From Candidatus Parcubacteria bacterium (GTDB lineage: Bacteria > Patescibacteriota > Patescibacteriia > CAIXNZ01), in assembly GCA_026395685.1 (NCBI GenBank), contig JAPLYG010000009.1, positions 81,519-145,518 of the forward strand: a DNA stretch of 64,000 nt. The letters run 5' to 3'. The notes under the pieces are model-generated. The model was not told the origin of the DNA, searched no databases, and worked only from the letters and a program-made list of their open reading frames with translations. Below, one piece after another: positions 1 to 9,714 of the stretch. Each line of letters starts with the position of its first letter. Position 1 is the first letter of the stretch. Position numbers and translations under genes: made by a program.

Positions 1-1194
1 TGTCCCTTCCCAATCTTTTTCATTTGCCTGATACTCAAAACTGCTGGCTGGCAAGGTAATCACGTTGTTCTGGCCATCCTGTCCACTTTCAGTGATGCCA
101 GAAATTACAGAGCGCTCTCCATTATCGCCTTCGCCATAGGTAAGGCTGTATTTTTTAACCCAAGTGCCGCTTACCTTGGCTTTTATTTCATATATACGGT
201 AACTGGTGGTAATTTCAAAGCCTGCATTATAAATCGGACTGATATCAGTTCTGCTTTCCCTTAAAAATTCTATTTCGAAAATACCATTATCAGTGTCATA
301 ACCTGTGTATTTAATTTTATCGGGATAAATTTGCCCACCGTCTTTGTAATATTCAAACTTAATAAAATTGCCGTTAGTATCAATAATTTTTTCAATCTGC
401 CATTTGTATATTTTAGTACTATCGTCAGGGTCATCCTGCCTGGAATTAGTAGTCAAGCCAAATTTATATTGCGTGCCAGTCTTATCGGTAACCAGCCAGG
501 AATCGTCATCCGAAAATTCATATTTGAGAAATTCTCCGTTATCTGTTTTTGAGCCGTATTCGCCGTAATCTCCGCTGATTAAATCAACCGGCATTAATTC
601 CCCGCTTAAAGACGAAGTGAAATAACTTTCCGTGTACAGATTATCTACACCTATTTTATTAACGCGCTTAATAAAAGGGATTGAGAGAGACCAGCCAAAC
701 CCTAGAATACTTTCATTTTCACTATTTTGGCTGTTATAAACCAATTTCAAGTCCGGCTGCATATTATTCCTTCCCGGCGGAACAACAAGCGGCAAGGTAT
801 AACTTAGAGCTCCTGTGCTGGGATCGGTATCAACATTTAATTTTTCAGCTCCGGGATTTTTAGGATCCATTAAATTCAAAGGGACTTCTTCTTCCGAAGT
901 TAAAGTCTCCATGGGCGGGTTCTCGGATTCGTCTTCCTGTTTGGCCTGATCGATTTCGCTTGAATTATCAGCAGGCTGAACAGTAGTATCTTCTGCGATT
1001 TGGGCTTCGGCTGCAGGCGCTGATATATCAGGCTCTGCTGATTCAGCGGAATCAGTCGGGGCTGAATCAACACTGACAGCTTCTTCTGCGGCCAAGACAA
1101 GTCCTGGCTGGGAAGTGAAAATAAACAAAAAAACCAGCAAAATCAATGCCAGCTTTGAAAAAAAACCACGCCTATTAAATTTGGTCCGGGTCAT
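1..1194 (-). CDS. Secreted Tc-toxin TcB/SpvB-domain protein (RHS/YD-repeat toxin family). Only the N-terminal part is in the window; the gene continues past coordinate 1.
   Basis: The reverse strand from ATG at 1194 translates to MTRTKFNRRGFFSKLALILLVFLF..., a signal peptide. It is followed by PSTGALSYTLPLVVPPGRNNMQPDLKLVYNSQ...GFGWSLSIPFIKR, which matches the SpvB/TcB N-terminal consensus (P.G..G..P.L.L.Y.S...FG.GW.L.IP.I.R). There is no stop before the window edge. The ORF track omits it because it is partial. Confidence 0.65.
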   Translation of the reverse strand, partial: MTRTKFNRRGFFSKLALILLVFLFIFTSQPGLVLAAEEAVSVDSAPTDSAESAEPDISAPAAEAQIAEDTTVQPADNSSEIDQAKQEDESENPPMETLTSEEEVPLNLMDPKNPGAEKLNVDTDPSTGALSYTLPLVVPPGRNNMQPDLKLVYNSQNSENESILGFGWSLSIPFIKRVNKIGVDNLYTESYFTSSLSGELMPVDLISGDYGEYGSKTDNGEFLKYEFSDDDSWLVTDKTGTQYKFGLTTNSRQDDPDDSTKIYKWQIEKIIDTNGNFIKFEYYKDGGQIYPDKIKYTGYDTDNGIFEIEFLRESRTDISPIYNAGFEITTSYRIYEIKAKVSGTWVKKYSLTYGEGDNGERSVISGITESGQDGQNNVITLPASSFEYQANEKDWEGT

Positions 1195-1609
1195 TTCTTA
1201 AAAAATGAATGATTAATTTACTGATTTAAGTATACCCTAACCTTCAGGCATCGTAAAGGCTTTAAAAAAAGGCTAAAGGCTAAAGACTAAAGGCTAAAGT
1301 ATGGTAATTATCAATCTTCCTAAATTTAGACCTTAGCCTTTATAATTTAGACTTAATAAAAAAACACCCGACGCCTTGCCGAGCATTTTTATATATAGAA
1401 ATTATAGATAAAAAAACTATGCTTCCAGATGCAAATGTTCCAATACTTTTTTCATTGAGGCTTCCAAATGATCATGCTTGGAGCGCAAAGATGTAATCTC
1501 AATATCCAATTTCTGATGCAAACCAATAAAAGTATCAATATGGTTCATTAATTCATTCTTGGTCTCGCTTAACTTTTCTTCAAAATATTCCTTAGTTATC
1601 GCGTTTTCT

Positions 1610-2239
1610 TCAAAATATTGCCCAAACTATCAAAACCTTCAGTTTAGGCATAGTCTTAATAATCCTTTCTAAAATAATTTCAAGGTACGGAAATTGCTTA
1701 ACCTTTTCCAATTCCTTAAATATTTTCCTATCACTCTCAGGTATTTCGTTAAGAGTTTTATATAAAGTAAGTTCGCCACTAACAGTATTAACTTTTCTAT
1801 ATATAGGGATTTCGTCGTAAGAATTATATATTACCTCTTGCTCCTGACCATTAACCTTGAAATACTCATAATATTTCTTATTATTACACTCACCCTCTTT
1901 ATTACCAGAACAACTAAAATTCATAGTTCCCTCGCTGTAATATACAACATACAAATCATCTCCTATGAATTTATAAAGTTTTCTATTGTTAACCACAGCC
2001 ACTCCACCGGCATATTTATCACTTATATAATATTTACCATCTAGATATGAAACGCTAACAACCCCTTTACAATCTATAAACTGGTATTCGTAATCAGCAG
2101 ATTGAGCATTTTTAATATCATTTTTTATTTCTGGACATTCACTTAATTTTTTCTCATCAATATATTCCGCTATTAGATATAACGATACAGGAATCATAAA
2201 TAATACCAGAATAACCTTAAAAGGGGTGTGTTTAGACAT
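1610..2239 (-). CDS. Hypothetical membrane-anchored protein (209 aa)
   Basis: ORF with an N-terminal hydrophobic anchor (VILVLFMIPVSLYLIA). It lies in a very AT-rich segment. No recognisable domain. Confidence 0.45.
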   Translation of the reverse strand: MSKHTPFKVILVLFMIPVSLYLIAEYIDEKKLSECPEIKNDIKNAQSADYEYQFIDCKGVVSVSYLDGKYYISDKYAGGVAVVNNRKLYKFIGDDLYVVYYSEGTMNFSCSGNKEGECNNKKYYEYFKVNGQEQEVIYNSYDEIPIYRKVNTVSGELTLYKTLNEIPESDRKIFKELEKVKQFPYLEIILERIIKTMPKLKVLIVWAIF

Positions 2240-2295
2240 AAATTTAAAATAAAAAAATACCCATCTTTAACATTGCGTATTCAAATTCAAGGCAA

Positions 2296-2790
2296 TTATT
2301 TTAACAATTTACTTTTAATATTTTTCCTTAAAATCATTTCTTTCAATTCCTTCAAATCCTTACTGTCCATTTGGGGCTTAAAAAGAATATTAGCTACTAT
2401 TTTATCATGATAAATTATGAGCCAATCTTTTAATTCTTCAATTTTAAAAATATTATCCCATTTATAATTAGAATTAAAAGTTTCTCCGGATACAGATACC
2501 TGATCTTCAGTAAATTCATATCTAATTTGCTCCTGCAAGAACTTGTTGATTTTAAAAGTATTTTTAGATTGCCTTAAAACCGAGTAAGGGATAAGCACCA
2601 CAACTAACAACCCAAACATAATATTAAAAATGGGAAAATCGGAATAATTACCCAGAAAATATGGGACAGCGAAAATCAAATTTAGAATCGCTATCACCAT
2701 AATAAAAATCATCGCCGGTTTGCGAAAGACCTGAATAAACAATAATTTTCTATAATCCTCCAATCTTATTTTGATTATGAATTGAAGCAT
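2296..2790 (-). CDS. Hypothetical membrane protein (164 aa)
   Basis: Two predicted TM helices (IMVIAILNLIFAVPYFLG; MFGLLVVVLIPYSVL) followed by a soluble C-terminal domain. Its stop is 14 nt from the mreB start, so it is probably co-transcribed. Confidence 0.5.
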   Translation of the reverse strand: MLQFIIKIRLEDYRKLLFIQVFRKPAMIFIMVIAILNLIFAVPYFLGNYSDFPIFNIMFGLLVVVLIPYSVLRQSKNTFKINKFLQEQIRYEFTEDQVSVSGETFNSNYKWDNIFKIEELKDWLIIYHDKIVANILFKPQMDSKDLKELKEMILRKNIKSKLLK

Positions 2791-2803
2791 AATTTTATTA
2801 AAA

Positions 2804-3811
2804 CTAATTTGAGCTCAAAATTGAACGTTTATACGCTTCCAAATTTTCCAAGGCAATGCCTGTTCCCTTGGCCACGCAAAAAAGCGCGTCATCGGCAATA
2901 TAGGCCGGAACTCCGGTTGACTTGGAAATCAGCTGGTCAATATTGCGCAGTAAAGAAGTGCCGCCGCTCATAATAATACCCTTATCAATGACATCAGCTG
3001 CCAATTCAGGCGGAGTGTTATGTAAAACTTCCTTGATTGCGTCAACCATGCCTTCCAAAGAATTTTTAACCGCTTCCACCACATCATTGGTGTTCATCGT
3101 AATCGTGCGGGGCAATCCGGTAATCATATCCCGCCCCCTCACTTCCATGGTCAAAGGATCTTTCATGGGCAAAGCTGACCCGATATTAATCTTAATATCT
3201 TCCGCAGTCCTTTCACCAATCGCCAAATTATAATTTCGCCTGGTATATTCTAAAATTGACTGATCAAGCTTATTGCCGCCAATGCGAACAGATGCGCTGG
3301 CAACAATACCGCCCAGAGAAATAACAGCCACTTCTGTTGTGCCGCCGCCGCTGTCAATAATCATATTGCCTGAAGGACTGCCAATCGGCACCCCGGCGCC
3401 GATTGCCGCAACAATCGGTTCTTTGATAATATAGGCGGCTTTAGCGCCGGCAGCCATTGTAGCGTCTACCACAGCGCGCCTTTCCGTAGATGTAATTCCT
3501 GCAGGGACAGCCACCATTACTTCCGGCCTTAAAATTCTTAATCCGCCCAAAGATTTATTGATAAAATAACGCAGCATTGCTTCTGTTGTTTTATAATCGG
3601 CAATCACTCCGTCTTTCATAGGCCGGCGCGCAATAATAGTATCCGGAGTCTTGCCCAGCATTTCTTTGGCTTCAATGCCGACTGCCAGAATTTTTTTATC
3701 AGTTGTGGAAATTGCCACAACAGAAGGCTCGTTGATGACAACGCCTTTCTTGGGCAAATAAACCAAAATGTTGGTGGTGCCTAAATCAATTCCGATCTTT
3801 TTTCTAAACAT
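2804..3811 (-). CDS. mreB: Rod shape-determining protein MreB (actin-like ATPase)
   Basis: MFRKKIGIDLGTTN...MIIDSGGGTTEVAVISLGG...IMSGGTSLLRNIDQLI. These are the canonical MreB/actin phosphate-1, phosphate-2 and adenosine motifs. Length is 335 aa. Confidence 0.95.
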   Translation of the reverse strand: MFRKKIGIDLGTTNILVYLPKKGVVINEPSVVAISTTDKKILAVGIEAKEMLGKTPDTIIARRPMKDGVIADYKTTEAMLRYFINKSLGGLRILRPEVMVAVPAGITSTERRAVVDATMAAGAKAAYIIKEPIVAAIGAGVPIGSPSGNMIIDSGGGTTEVAVISLGGIVASASVRIGGNKLDQSILEYTRRNYNLAIGERTAEDIKINIGSALPMKDPLTMEVRGRDMITGLPRTITMNTNDVVEAVKNSLEGMVDAIKEVLHNTPPELAADVIDKGIIMSGGTSLLRNIDQLISKSTGVPAYIADDALFCVAKGTGIALENLEAYKRSILSSN

Positions 3812-3935
3812 ATGCTAAAAGGATTAATAGGAAGAAAAGGAAAAAATGAACAAATGATTATAGGATTAAATGATAAAAGGAAAACTTCTCCTCTTATCCT
3901 ATTCTTCCTATTCTTCTTCTATTTCAATATCCTAT

Positions 3936-5996
3936 TTAAAATTTAACTTCAAAAACCTTATCGCCATCCAGAACAATTTCATTATTATAATTGGTGTTAA
4001 ACCACTCATTTTCCGGCTCTGCAGGCACTGCTGATTTAATATTTTTACCAAATTTTAGGTCCAAAGTCAAATCAGGCAAAACACCCGGCTGCTTCTGAAC
4101 CAGCAGATTATAGGTGTTGGCGCGTATTTGTTCTTTAATCCTGGCAGGCAGCTTATATTCAAAGGTCAAAGTGCCTGTTTCATGCGGTTCAATGGAAATA
4201 AAAGCGCCAAAAAAAGCTTTATTAAATTCACTACCCGCTTCCACCTGGCCAGCCTGGCCCAAAGGATCTTTGATTTTGTCATTTTCCATCGCACCGCTTG
4301 AACTGACCAATTCACTGCCTGAGGGCACATAAACTCTGGTATATGTTCTTAACCTTGTAGACTTCCAGGTAAAATCCGCATTATTCTGATAAACAATTTC
4401 AGCTTTTGCGATTAAATCGCCATTGCGCTGAGCCAAAGAATATTTTATCGTGCGTTTAACAAACTGATCTGTTTTCAAGGCTGCCATATTACTGTCAACG
4501 ACAAATAAGTAGTCGCCTTCAGTCTGTTTAACATCCCCTGCCCAACCGCGAGCTAAAACCATTTTTTGAATTTCAGGATCTTTCACATAAATTAAAATCT
4601 GCTTTTGATTCATGAATTCAAAGGCCACATCCAGCAAATCCGGCACCTGGCTCATGGGCACAGTCATAAGCTTAACTTTAATCTGGTCAGCCAGTTCTTT
4701 GATAATCCCTTTTCTTTGAGAAATCGGAATATCTAATTCCTGATAAAGCTTGCCGACCATTAATTCCAGCTGTTCCTGGTAATTGCTGTCAGTAAAGACC
4801 ATATTGCCGGCAACAACCGGACCTGTTATTTTTAAAAGTCCGCCTAAAATCTCCGGGGTCATGGCAATGACGCCTGATAAATTTTCCTCATAGGGTAAAA
4901 CATCCTTTATTTCCACGCCCTTTTCACCGATAATTTTTTTGCCCTGTTTTTTCAGCTCAATAATCAGCTTATTTTCCTTATCATACATTTCCAGAGATTT
5001 TAAAGCAGTGGTCGGAAAATCAGGCGCCCAATTTATATCGCGCATAGACCAGTCTTTTTGTTCCAAATATTTGGCGATCTGCCAGGGAGTCGGCTCTTTG
5101 AGTATGGCCTGAGTTGAACGGTCAAGGTTATAGATATTATCAGTATCAAAACTGATTAAATCGCCGTCCTTTAACTTTAAAATGCCGTAAGTGCCGATGA
5201 ATCCGCCGGTCGGCCTTAACTCGGAATTATTCTGAAGTAAAAATAAATATGATTTTGTTTCGTCAAAGCCGGCAATTTTGGGAATTATTCGCAATAAAGG
5301 CAAAGCATTGTCAATCATCATTTTTGCTTTTGGCAAATTATCTCTTATGGGCTCGAATTTTTCCCGCAAAGGGCCCACCAGCTTATCTGACGGAATTTCA
5401 GCAATGGCCTTATCCGCCTCATCAATTCGGTCCTGCAGCTCATACAACATATCTTCCGAAGCAACTATTTTTTCTAAAATCTGACGTTTTTGCTGGGCGG
5501 AAAGATTTTCATAAGTGATGGATTCATTTTTCAATGGTGCCGTAATATCCTCAATCAGCAAAACAACCTTTTCACCGCTATCAGTCAAATTTATTCCTGC
5601 GATTAATAATTCATCAACGGCCTTAAATTGAATTTCAAAATACGGCAGATTCTTTATTATTTTAACTTTATCCAATAAACCCCGGGCGTCCGCCAATTTG
5701 CCATGAGCAGTATTAATTAATTTGGCGCCGGATTTAAAATCACGGTTAATAATCACGTGCAAAGACTGCTCCAGATCATCTTTGGCGGATAAAGACAAAT
5801 TATATGCCTGTTTAATATTGTTATAATAGACTAATCCTAAAACGCCCAAACCGATTATTGCCAAAATAATCAACACAATCAAAATCTTAAGGCCAAAAAA
5901 TAAAGCCTTTTTGTATTTTGAATTTTTAGGAGTTTCCTTAATCTGGGTAAAATCAGGAGAATTTAAACCTACTAAATTGTTGTTTGAGTCTGACAT
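3936..5996 (-). CDS. DUF4012-like membrane-anchored protein (686 aa)
   Basis: N-terminal TM anchor (ALFFGLKILIVLIILAIIGLGVLGLVYY) followed by a large extracytoplasmic domain. Its size, architecture and position next to glycosyltransferases resemble the DUF4012 proteins common in CPR cell-envelope clusters. The family assignment is an inference. Confidence 0.5.
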   Translation of the reverse strand: MSDSNNNLVGLNSPDFTQIKETPKNSKYKKALFFGLKILIVLIILAIIGLGVLGLVYYNNIKQAYNLSLSAKDDLEQSLHVIINRDFKSGAKLINTAHGKLADARGLLDKVKIIKNLPYFEIQFKAVDELLIAGINLTDSGEKVVLLIEDITAPLKNESITYENLSAQQKRQILEKIVASEDMLYELQDRIDEADKAIAEIPSDKLVGPLREKFEPIRDNLPKAKMMIDNALPLLRIIPKIAGFDETKSYLFLLQNNSELRPTGGFIGTYGILKLKDGDLISFDTDNIYNLDRSTQAILKEPTPWQIAKYLEQKDWSMRDINWAPDFPTTALKSLEMYDKENKLIIELKKQGKKIIGEKGVEIKDVLPYEENLSGVIAMTPEILGGLLKITGPVVAGNMVFTDSNYQEQLELMVGKLYQELDIPISQRKGIIKELADQIKVKLMTVPMSQVPDLLDVAFEFMNQKQILIYVKDPEIQKMVLARGWAGDVKQTEGDYLFVVDSNMAALKTDQFVKRTIKYSLAQRNGDLIAKAEIVYQNNADFTWKSTRLRTYTRVYVPSGSELVSSSGAMENDKIKDPLGQAGQVEAGSEFNKAFFGAFISIEPHETGTLTFEYKLPARIKEQIRANTYNLLVQKQPGVLPDLTLDLKFGKNIKSAVPAEPENEWFNTNYNNEIVLDGDKVFEVKF

Positions 5997-6790
5997 GTTT
6001 TTGAGCTGCCTAAATATTTAAAAATATACTTTATCCAGGAAGCAATATGCCATCTGGTTGTTTTATCCAGTTTCCAAAAATTCCAAGATCCGTGATCCGA
6101 AGCTTTTTCCAGCAGATGAATCATTTCCGCTTCACCGAGAAAATAAACTTTGTACTTCGCGTCCCAAAATCTTCGGCACCAGTCAATATCTTCCACATAC
6201 ATAAAATAACGTTCGTCAAAAAGGCCTATTTTATCAACCGCTGATTTCCTGGCTAATAAACAAGCGCCGTGCAAGCAGTCCACCGCCCTATTTGATAAAC
6301 GGTCAAAATCCGCCATTAAATGCTTATCTAAAATGCTCTTGGCAAAAGAAAATTTACCTAAAGGAGTTCTTAACAAAATAATATGCCTGGTTTCAATAAA
6401 AGTACGGCAAGATATTTGAAATGTCCCGTTCGGGTTAATTAATCTTGGGCCCGCTAAACCGACGTCGGGATTTGCCTCCATAAACCTAACCATTTTTTCA
6501 ATTGCATTGCTTAACACTGTGATATCCGGATTTAAAATCATTATATACTTGCCTTGCGCCTGTTTGATTCCGGAGTTATTGCCGGCCGCAAAGCCTAAAT
6601 TCTTTCCTGACTGTATAAATTTAACATCGGGAAAATTTTCTGAAATCATTTGCTCACAGCCGTCACCGGAACCGTTGTCAACCACAATAATTTCATAATT
6701 CAAACCAGCAGTGTTTTCTTTAATATTTTTGATACACTGTTTAGTCAGCCCCCTGGTTTTGTAATTTAAAATTATTATTGATAAATCCAT
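5972..6790 (-). CDS. Family 2 glycosyltransferase
   Basis: MDLSIIILNYKTRGLTKQCIKNI...IIVVDNGSGDG...NLGFAAGNN...MILNPD is the GT-A/GT2 signature (DxD-like and the NPD region). Confidence 0.85.
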   Translation of the reverse strand: MDLSIIILNYKTRGLTKQCIKNIKENTAGLNYEIIVVDNGSGDGCEQMISENFPDVKFIQSGKNLGFAAGNNSGIKQAQGKYIMILNPDITVLSNAIEKMVRFMEANPDVGLAGPRLINPNGTFQISCRTFIETRHIILLRTPLGKFSFAKSILDKHLMADFDRLSNRAVDCLHGACLLARKSAVDKIGLFDERYFMYVEDIDWCRRFWDAKYKVYFLGEAEMIHLLEKASDHGSWNFWKLDKTTRWHIASWIKYIFKYLGSSKTCQTQTTI

Positions 6791-6882
6791 ATGTTACTAA
6801 TATACTAATCAAAGACTAATCAGCTAATTAGTTCAGAATATTACGAATTAGTAGATTAGTAACCAATTCGTAAATTAGTATC

Positions 6883-7911
6883 TTAATTAAACCATTTTCT
6901 CATTTCATCGTCTTTGATCAGCCGGCGCGACATAATCAGCTGATGCTTGATTTTCATACGTTTAAATTTTTTAAAAATTTCCTGCCAAGCCCTGAGAGTT
7001 GAAAATTCAAAAATTAATATATATAAAAATTTCTTAAGTTCATAAAATACAATGTAAATTCCATAGCGCCAGAAATTGCGAGGGCTTAAATTTTTCAGCA
7101 AAATAAAAATATGATTTTTATAGGAATGAAATTTAATAAATTTCGATTTATTTTTTCTCTGCTTAATCACATAAAGGTTGCCGCCCTGGTCAAGATTTTT
7201 TACGCCGCGCTCATGAAAAGCAATTGCTTCAGGCAAATAATAGCTTTTCCAGCCCCGCCACTGCAAACGATAAGCCAGGTCAATATCTTCCTTATAGCTG
7301 AAAAAATCATTATCAAAAAACTCATCTTCAAAGCGCACATCTTCCAAAGCTTTCCGGCAATAAAGAGGACAACTGGCGCAAGGTCCGAAAATTTCAGTAA
7401 CATTTTCCGATGAGGCATTATCATTCTCACCCGCCAGACGGTCAACTACCTTATGGCTTTTAAAAATTTTTATTCCTAATGAGTCAATAATATCAGATTT
7501 AAGGCTTTTTTCCCAGCCCTCATTCTGGTCAAATTGCCAGCGCAGAATCTTGCCGGAAATTGAACCGGCATTATGATGATCTTCTAAAAACCTTACTGCT
7601 TTTTCTAAAAAATTAGGCTCTAAAATGACATCCTGGTTTAAAACTAAAACATAATCAGAATCAGTCCATAAAATCGCCTGATTATGTGCAAAGGCAAATC
7701 CTAAATTATTCTTATTTTTTACCAATTTAATCTTCTGGCTAAAAGCCGGCAAAAACTGCTCTTCTATGATTTTAACTGTCTGATCAACTGAACCATTATC
7801 AATTATCAATAATAAATAATCGGAAAAGGTTTGTTTCAAAATAGCATTCAGACAGTTTTCAATAAATTTTTCGCCGTTCCAGGTGACTAAATTGATAGCG
7901 ACTTTAGGCAT
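6883..7911 (-). CDS. Family 2 glycosyltransferase (rhamnosyltransferase-like)
   Basis: VAINLVTWNGEKFIENCLNAILKQTFSDYLLLIIDNGSVDQT...NLGFAFAHNQA...VLNQD is the GT2 fold signature. Confidence 0.85.
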   Translation of the reverse strand: MPKVAINLVTWNGEKFIENCLNAILKQTFSDYLLLIIDNGSVDQTVKIIEEQFLPAFSQKIKLVKNKNNLGFAFAHNQAILWTDSDYVLVLNQDVILEPNFLEKAVRFLEDHHNAGSISGKILRWQFDQNEGWEKSLKSDIIDSLGIKIFKSHKVVDRLAGENDNASSENVTEIFGPCASCPLYCRKALEDVRFEDEFFDNDFFSYKEDIDLAYRLQWRGWKSYYLPEAIAFHERGVKNLDQGGNLYVIKQRKNKSKFIKFHSYKNHIFILLKNLSPRNFWRYGIYIVFYELKKFLYILIFEFSTLRAWQEIFKKFKRMKIKHQLIMSRRLIKDDEMRKWFN

Positions 7912-7948
7912 TTTCCAAAATTTAAAATTTTAAATTAAAAATTAAAAA

Positions 7949-9454
7949 TTATTTTCGGGCTTTGGGGGTGACAAAAAATCCCAAATATTTTCCCAGCATT
8001 AATCGTGTCTGCGCTTCAGCCGCAGGAATAGCGCCAAAAATAATAATATTGATAGGCAACAATGCCCATTGCAAAAGCATAACCAGCCATTTATATTTCG
8101 GCTGATGAACCGGTCTTGCCGGTAAAAGACGAATGCTTAAAATAGCTGAAACTATTATTCCGACCATGCCGATACTCATGATCCATTCTAAAACAAAAGG
8201 CGCGTTTTGAGCCAAGACAGTAGCTTTAACCTGCGGACCGGCAACGTATAAAGGTAAACGCCCTAAAATAAAAAGCAGAATCGGAGCGGTCGCCCAGGAA
8301 TACATGCCTTCAGACAAATTCCAAATATATTTTATTCTTACCTTAAACGGTATCAAATCCTTTTTTTTGCCAAAATGATAAAGCATATACGGCAAATGTT
8401 CTACTCCCCAACCCCAACGGCGTTGCTGCTTATACAAACTTATAAAGCCGTTCCACATCGACGTATCAGCAATTACCGTATCCATAGAAACCGGAATATA
8501 CATAGGCGTCACTTCATAATCGCCGTTATAATGGATAAAACATTGCAAGAAAATGCGCGAGTCATCAGTCACAATATCCTTTTCCCAAAAACCGACATCC
8601 ACTAAGGCTTTGAAACTCATGGCATGCGAGGAAAAAGTATAAAGACGATCCGGCCGCATTAATTCTGCGAGCAACCAAAAAACCGTAGAAAAAGCTGTAA
8701 TTCTCATCGGCGCCGGCGCATCCCAAATATTATTATTATATAAAACAGCAGGCTGGAATGATGAACGGGTGGGATTGGGATGAGTAATATAAAGATAAGT
8801 CAGATAATCCAAATATTTCTTATGTACATAAGTATCACAATCAAAATAAGAGACAATTACTTTTTCATAAGGAATGCCCAGCTGGTCAATCAATTCCTTA
8901 CATTTCCAGCCAACCCAATTAGCATTCGCGGCCTTGGCTTTTATCTCCCCTTCCATGCCGTCGGGATGAACTGTCGTAAGCAATTTAAAAAACTTGCCCT
9001 CAAAATTCTTCCTGATTTTTGGTTCAACTTCATCATAGACATCTTTTTTGCGTTCTTCCCAGGTAATAGCCACAATTACTTTTTCCGAGGGGTAACCGCA
9101 CTCTAAAATTCCTTTCAAGGATGTTTCTAAAACTTCATATGGCTCAGAATAGGTCGGTAAAATAAAAAGATGAAAATATTCCTGCCAATTGGGCAATGCT
9201 TCCCTTTTGGATTTCCATTCTACTTTAATTGCCTTATTAAAAACATAGGCTGAATAAATTGAATAGAAAATAAAATAGAAGATCCTCAAAACCCAGTATA
9301 ATGAGAAAAGAATAATAAAATAGATAACCCACATCGGCTGAATAAAAGACAAACTAATCGAAATAATAAAAGTAGCCCAGATCATTAAACCCGGAATATA
9401 TTCTAAACGTCTGTATTTTTTTCGTTCCTCTGGGGAAAATTTATCTAAATGCAT
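7949..9454 (-). CDS. Polytopic membrane glycosyltransferase, processive GT2-like (cellulose/chitin-synthase-like)
   Basis: N- and C-terminal TM bundles flank a cytoplasmic domain with DCDTY (DxD-like), TDDSRIF and a QQRRWGWG (QxxRW) motif. QxxRW is diagnostic of processive GT2 synthases. Confidence 0.6.
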   Translation of the reverse strand: MHLDKFSPEERKKYRRLEYIPGLMIWATFIISISLSFIQPMWVIYFIILFSLYWVLRIFYFIFYSIYSAYVFNKAIKVEWKSKREALPNWQEYFHLFILPTYSEPYEVLETSLKGILECGYPSEKVIVAITWEERKKDVYDEVEPKIRKNFEGKFFKLLTTVHPDGMEGEIKAKAANANWVGWKCKELIDQLGIPYEKVIVSYFDCDTYVHKKYLDYLTYLYITHPNPTRSSFQPAVLYNNNIWDAPAPMRITAFSTVFWLLAELMRPDRLYTFSSHAMSFKALVDVGFWEKDIVTDDSRIFLQCFIHYNGDYEVTPMYIPVSMDTVIADTSMWNGFISLYKQQRRWGWGVEHLPYMLYHFGKKKDLIPFKVRIKYIWNLSEGMYSWATAPILLFILGRLPLYVAGPQVKATVLAQNAPFVLEWIMSIGMVGIIVSAILSIRLLPARPVHQPKYKWLVMLLQWALLPINIIIFGAIPAAEAQTRLMLGKYLGFFVTPKARK

Positions 9455-9714
9455 GTTGTTACTAATTTACTAATCAGCTACTAATATAAAAATCAGACAC
9501 CTATTTACACATTAGTAGCCCTAATGAAAAAACGCCCGATGATTGGCCGTTAATTTTTAATAAAATCCTGGCTTTTTCGCTCAAAATTATTGGAATAATA
9601 CTGTATTCAAAATACCATTTTGAGGATAATAAATCAAGCCAAGATAGCTTTTTTTTTGCTAATCTTAAACTTTCTTGCTACAATTTAAGCAAATAAAAAA
9701 TAATCCCCCACACT

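Noticed and set aside
331-568. Two plus-strand ORFs (73 and 66 aa)
   Set aside because: They lie inside, and antisense to, the SpvB-domain gene that reads through this region on the minus strand.
1419-1550. 43-aa minus-strand ORF (MNHIDTFIGLHQKLDIEITSLRSKHDHLEASMKKVLEHLHLEA)
   Set aside because: It is possibly a real micro-protein or a gene remnant; a local direct repeat ttcttcaaaatatt lies just upstream of its start, overlapping the stop of the adjacent 1610-2239 gene. It has no RBS and no homology signal I can recognise, so it is too weak to call.
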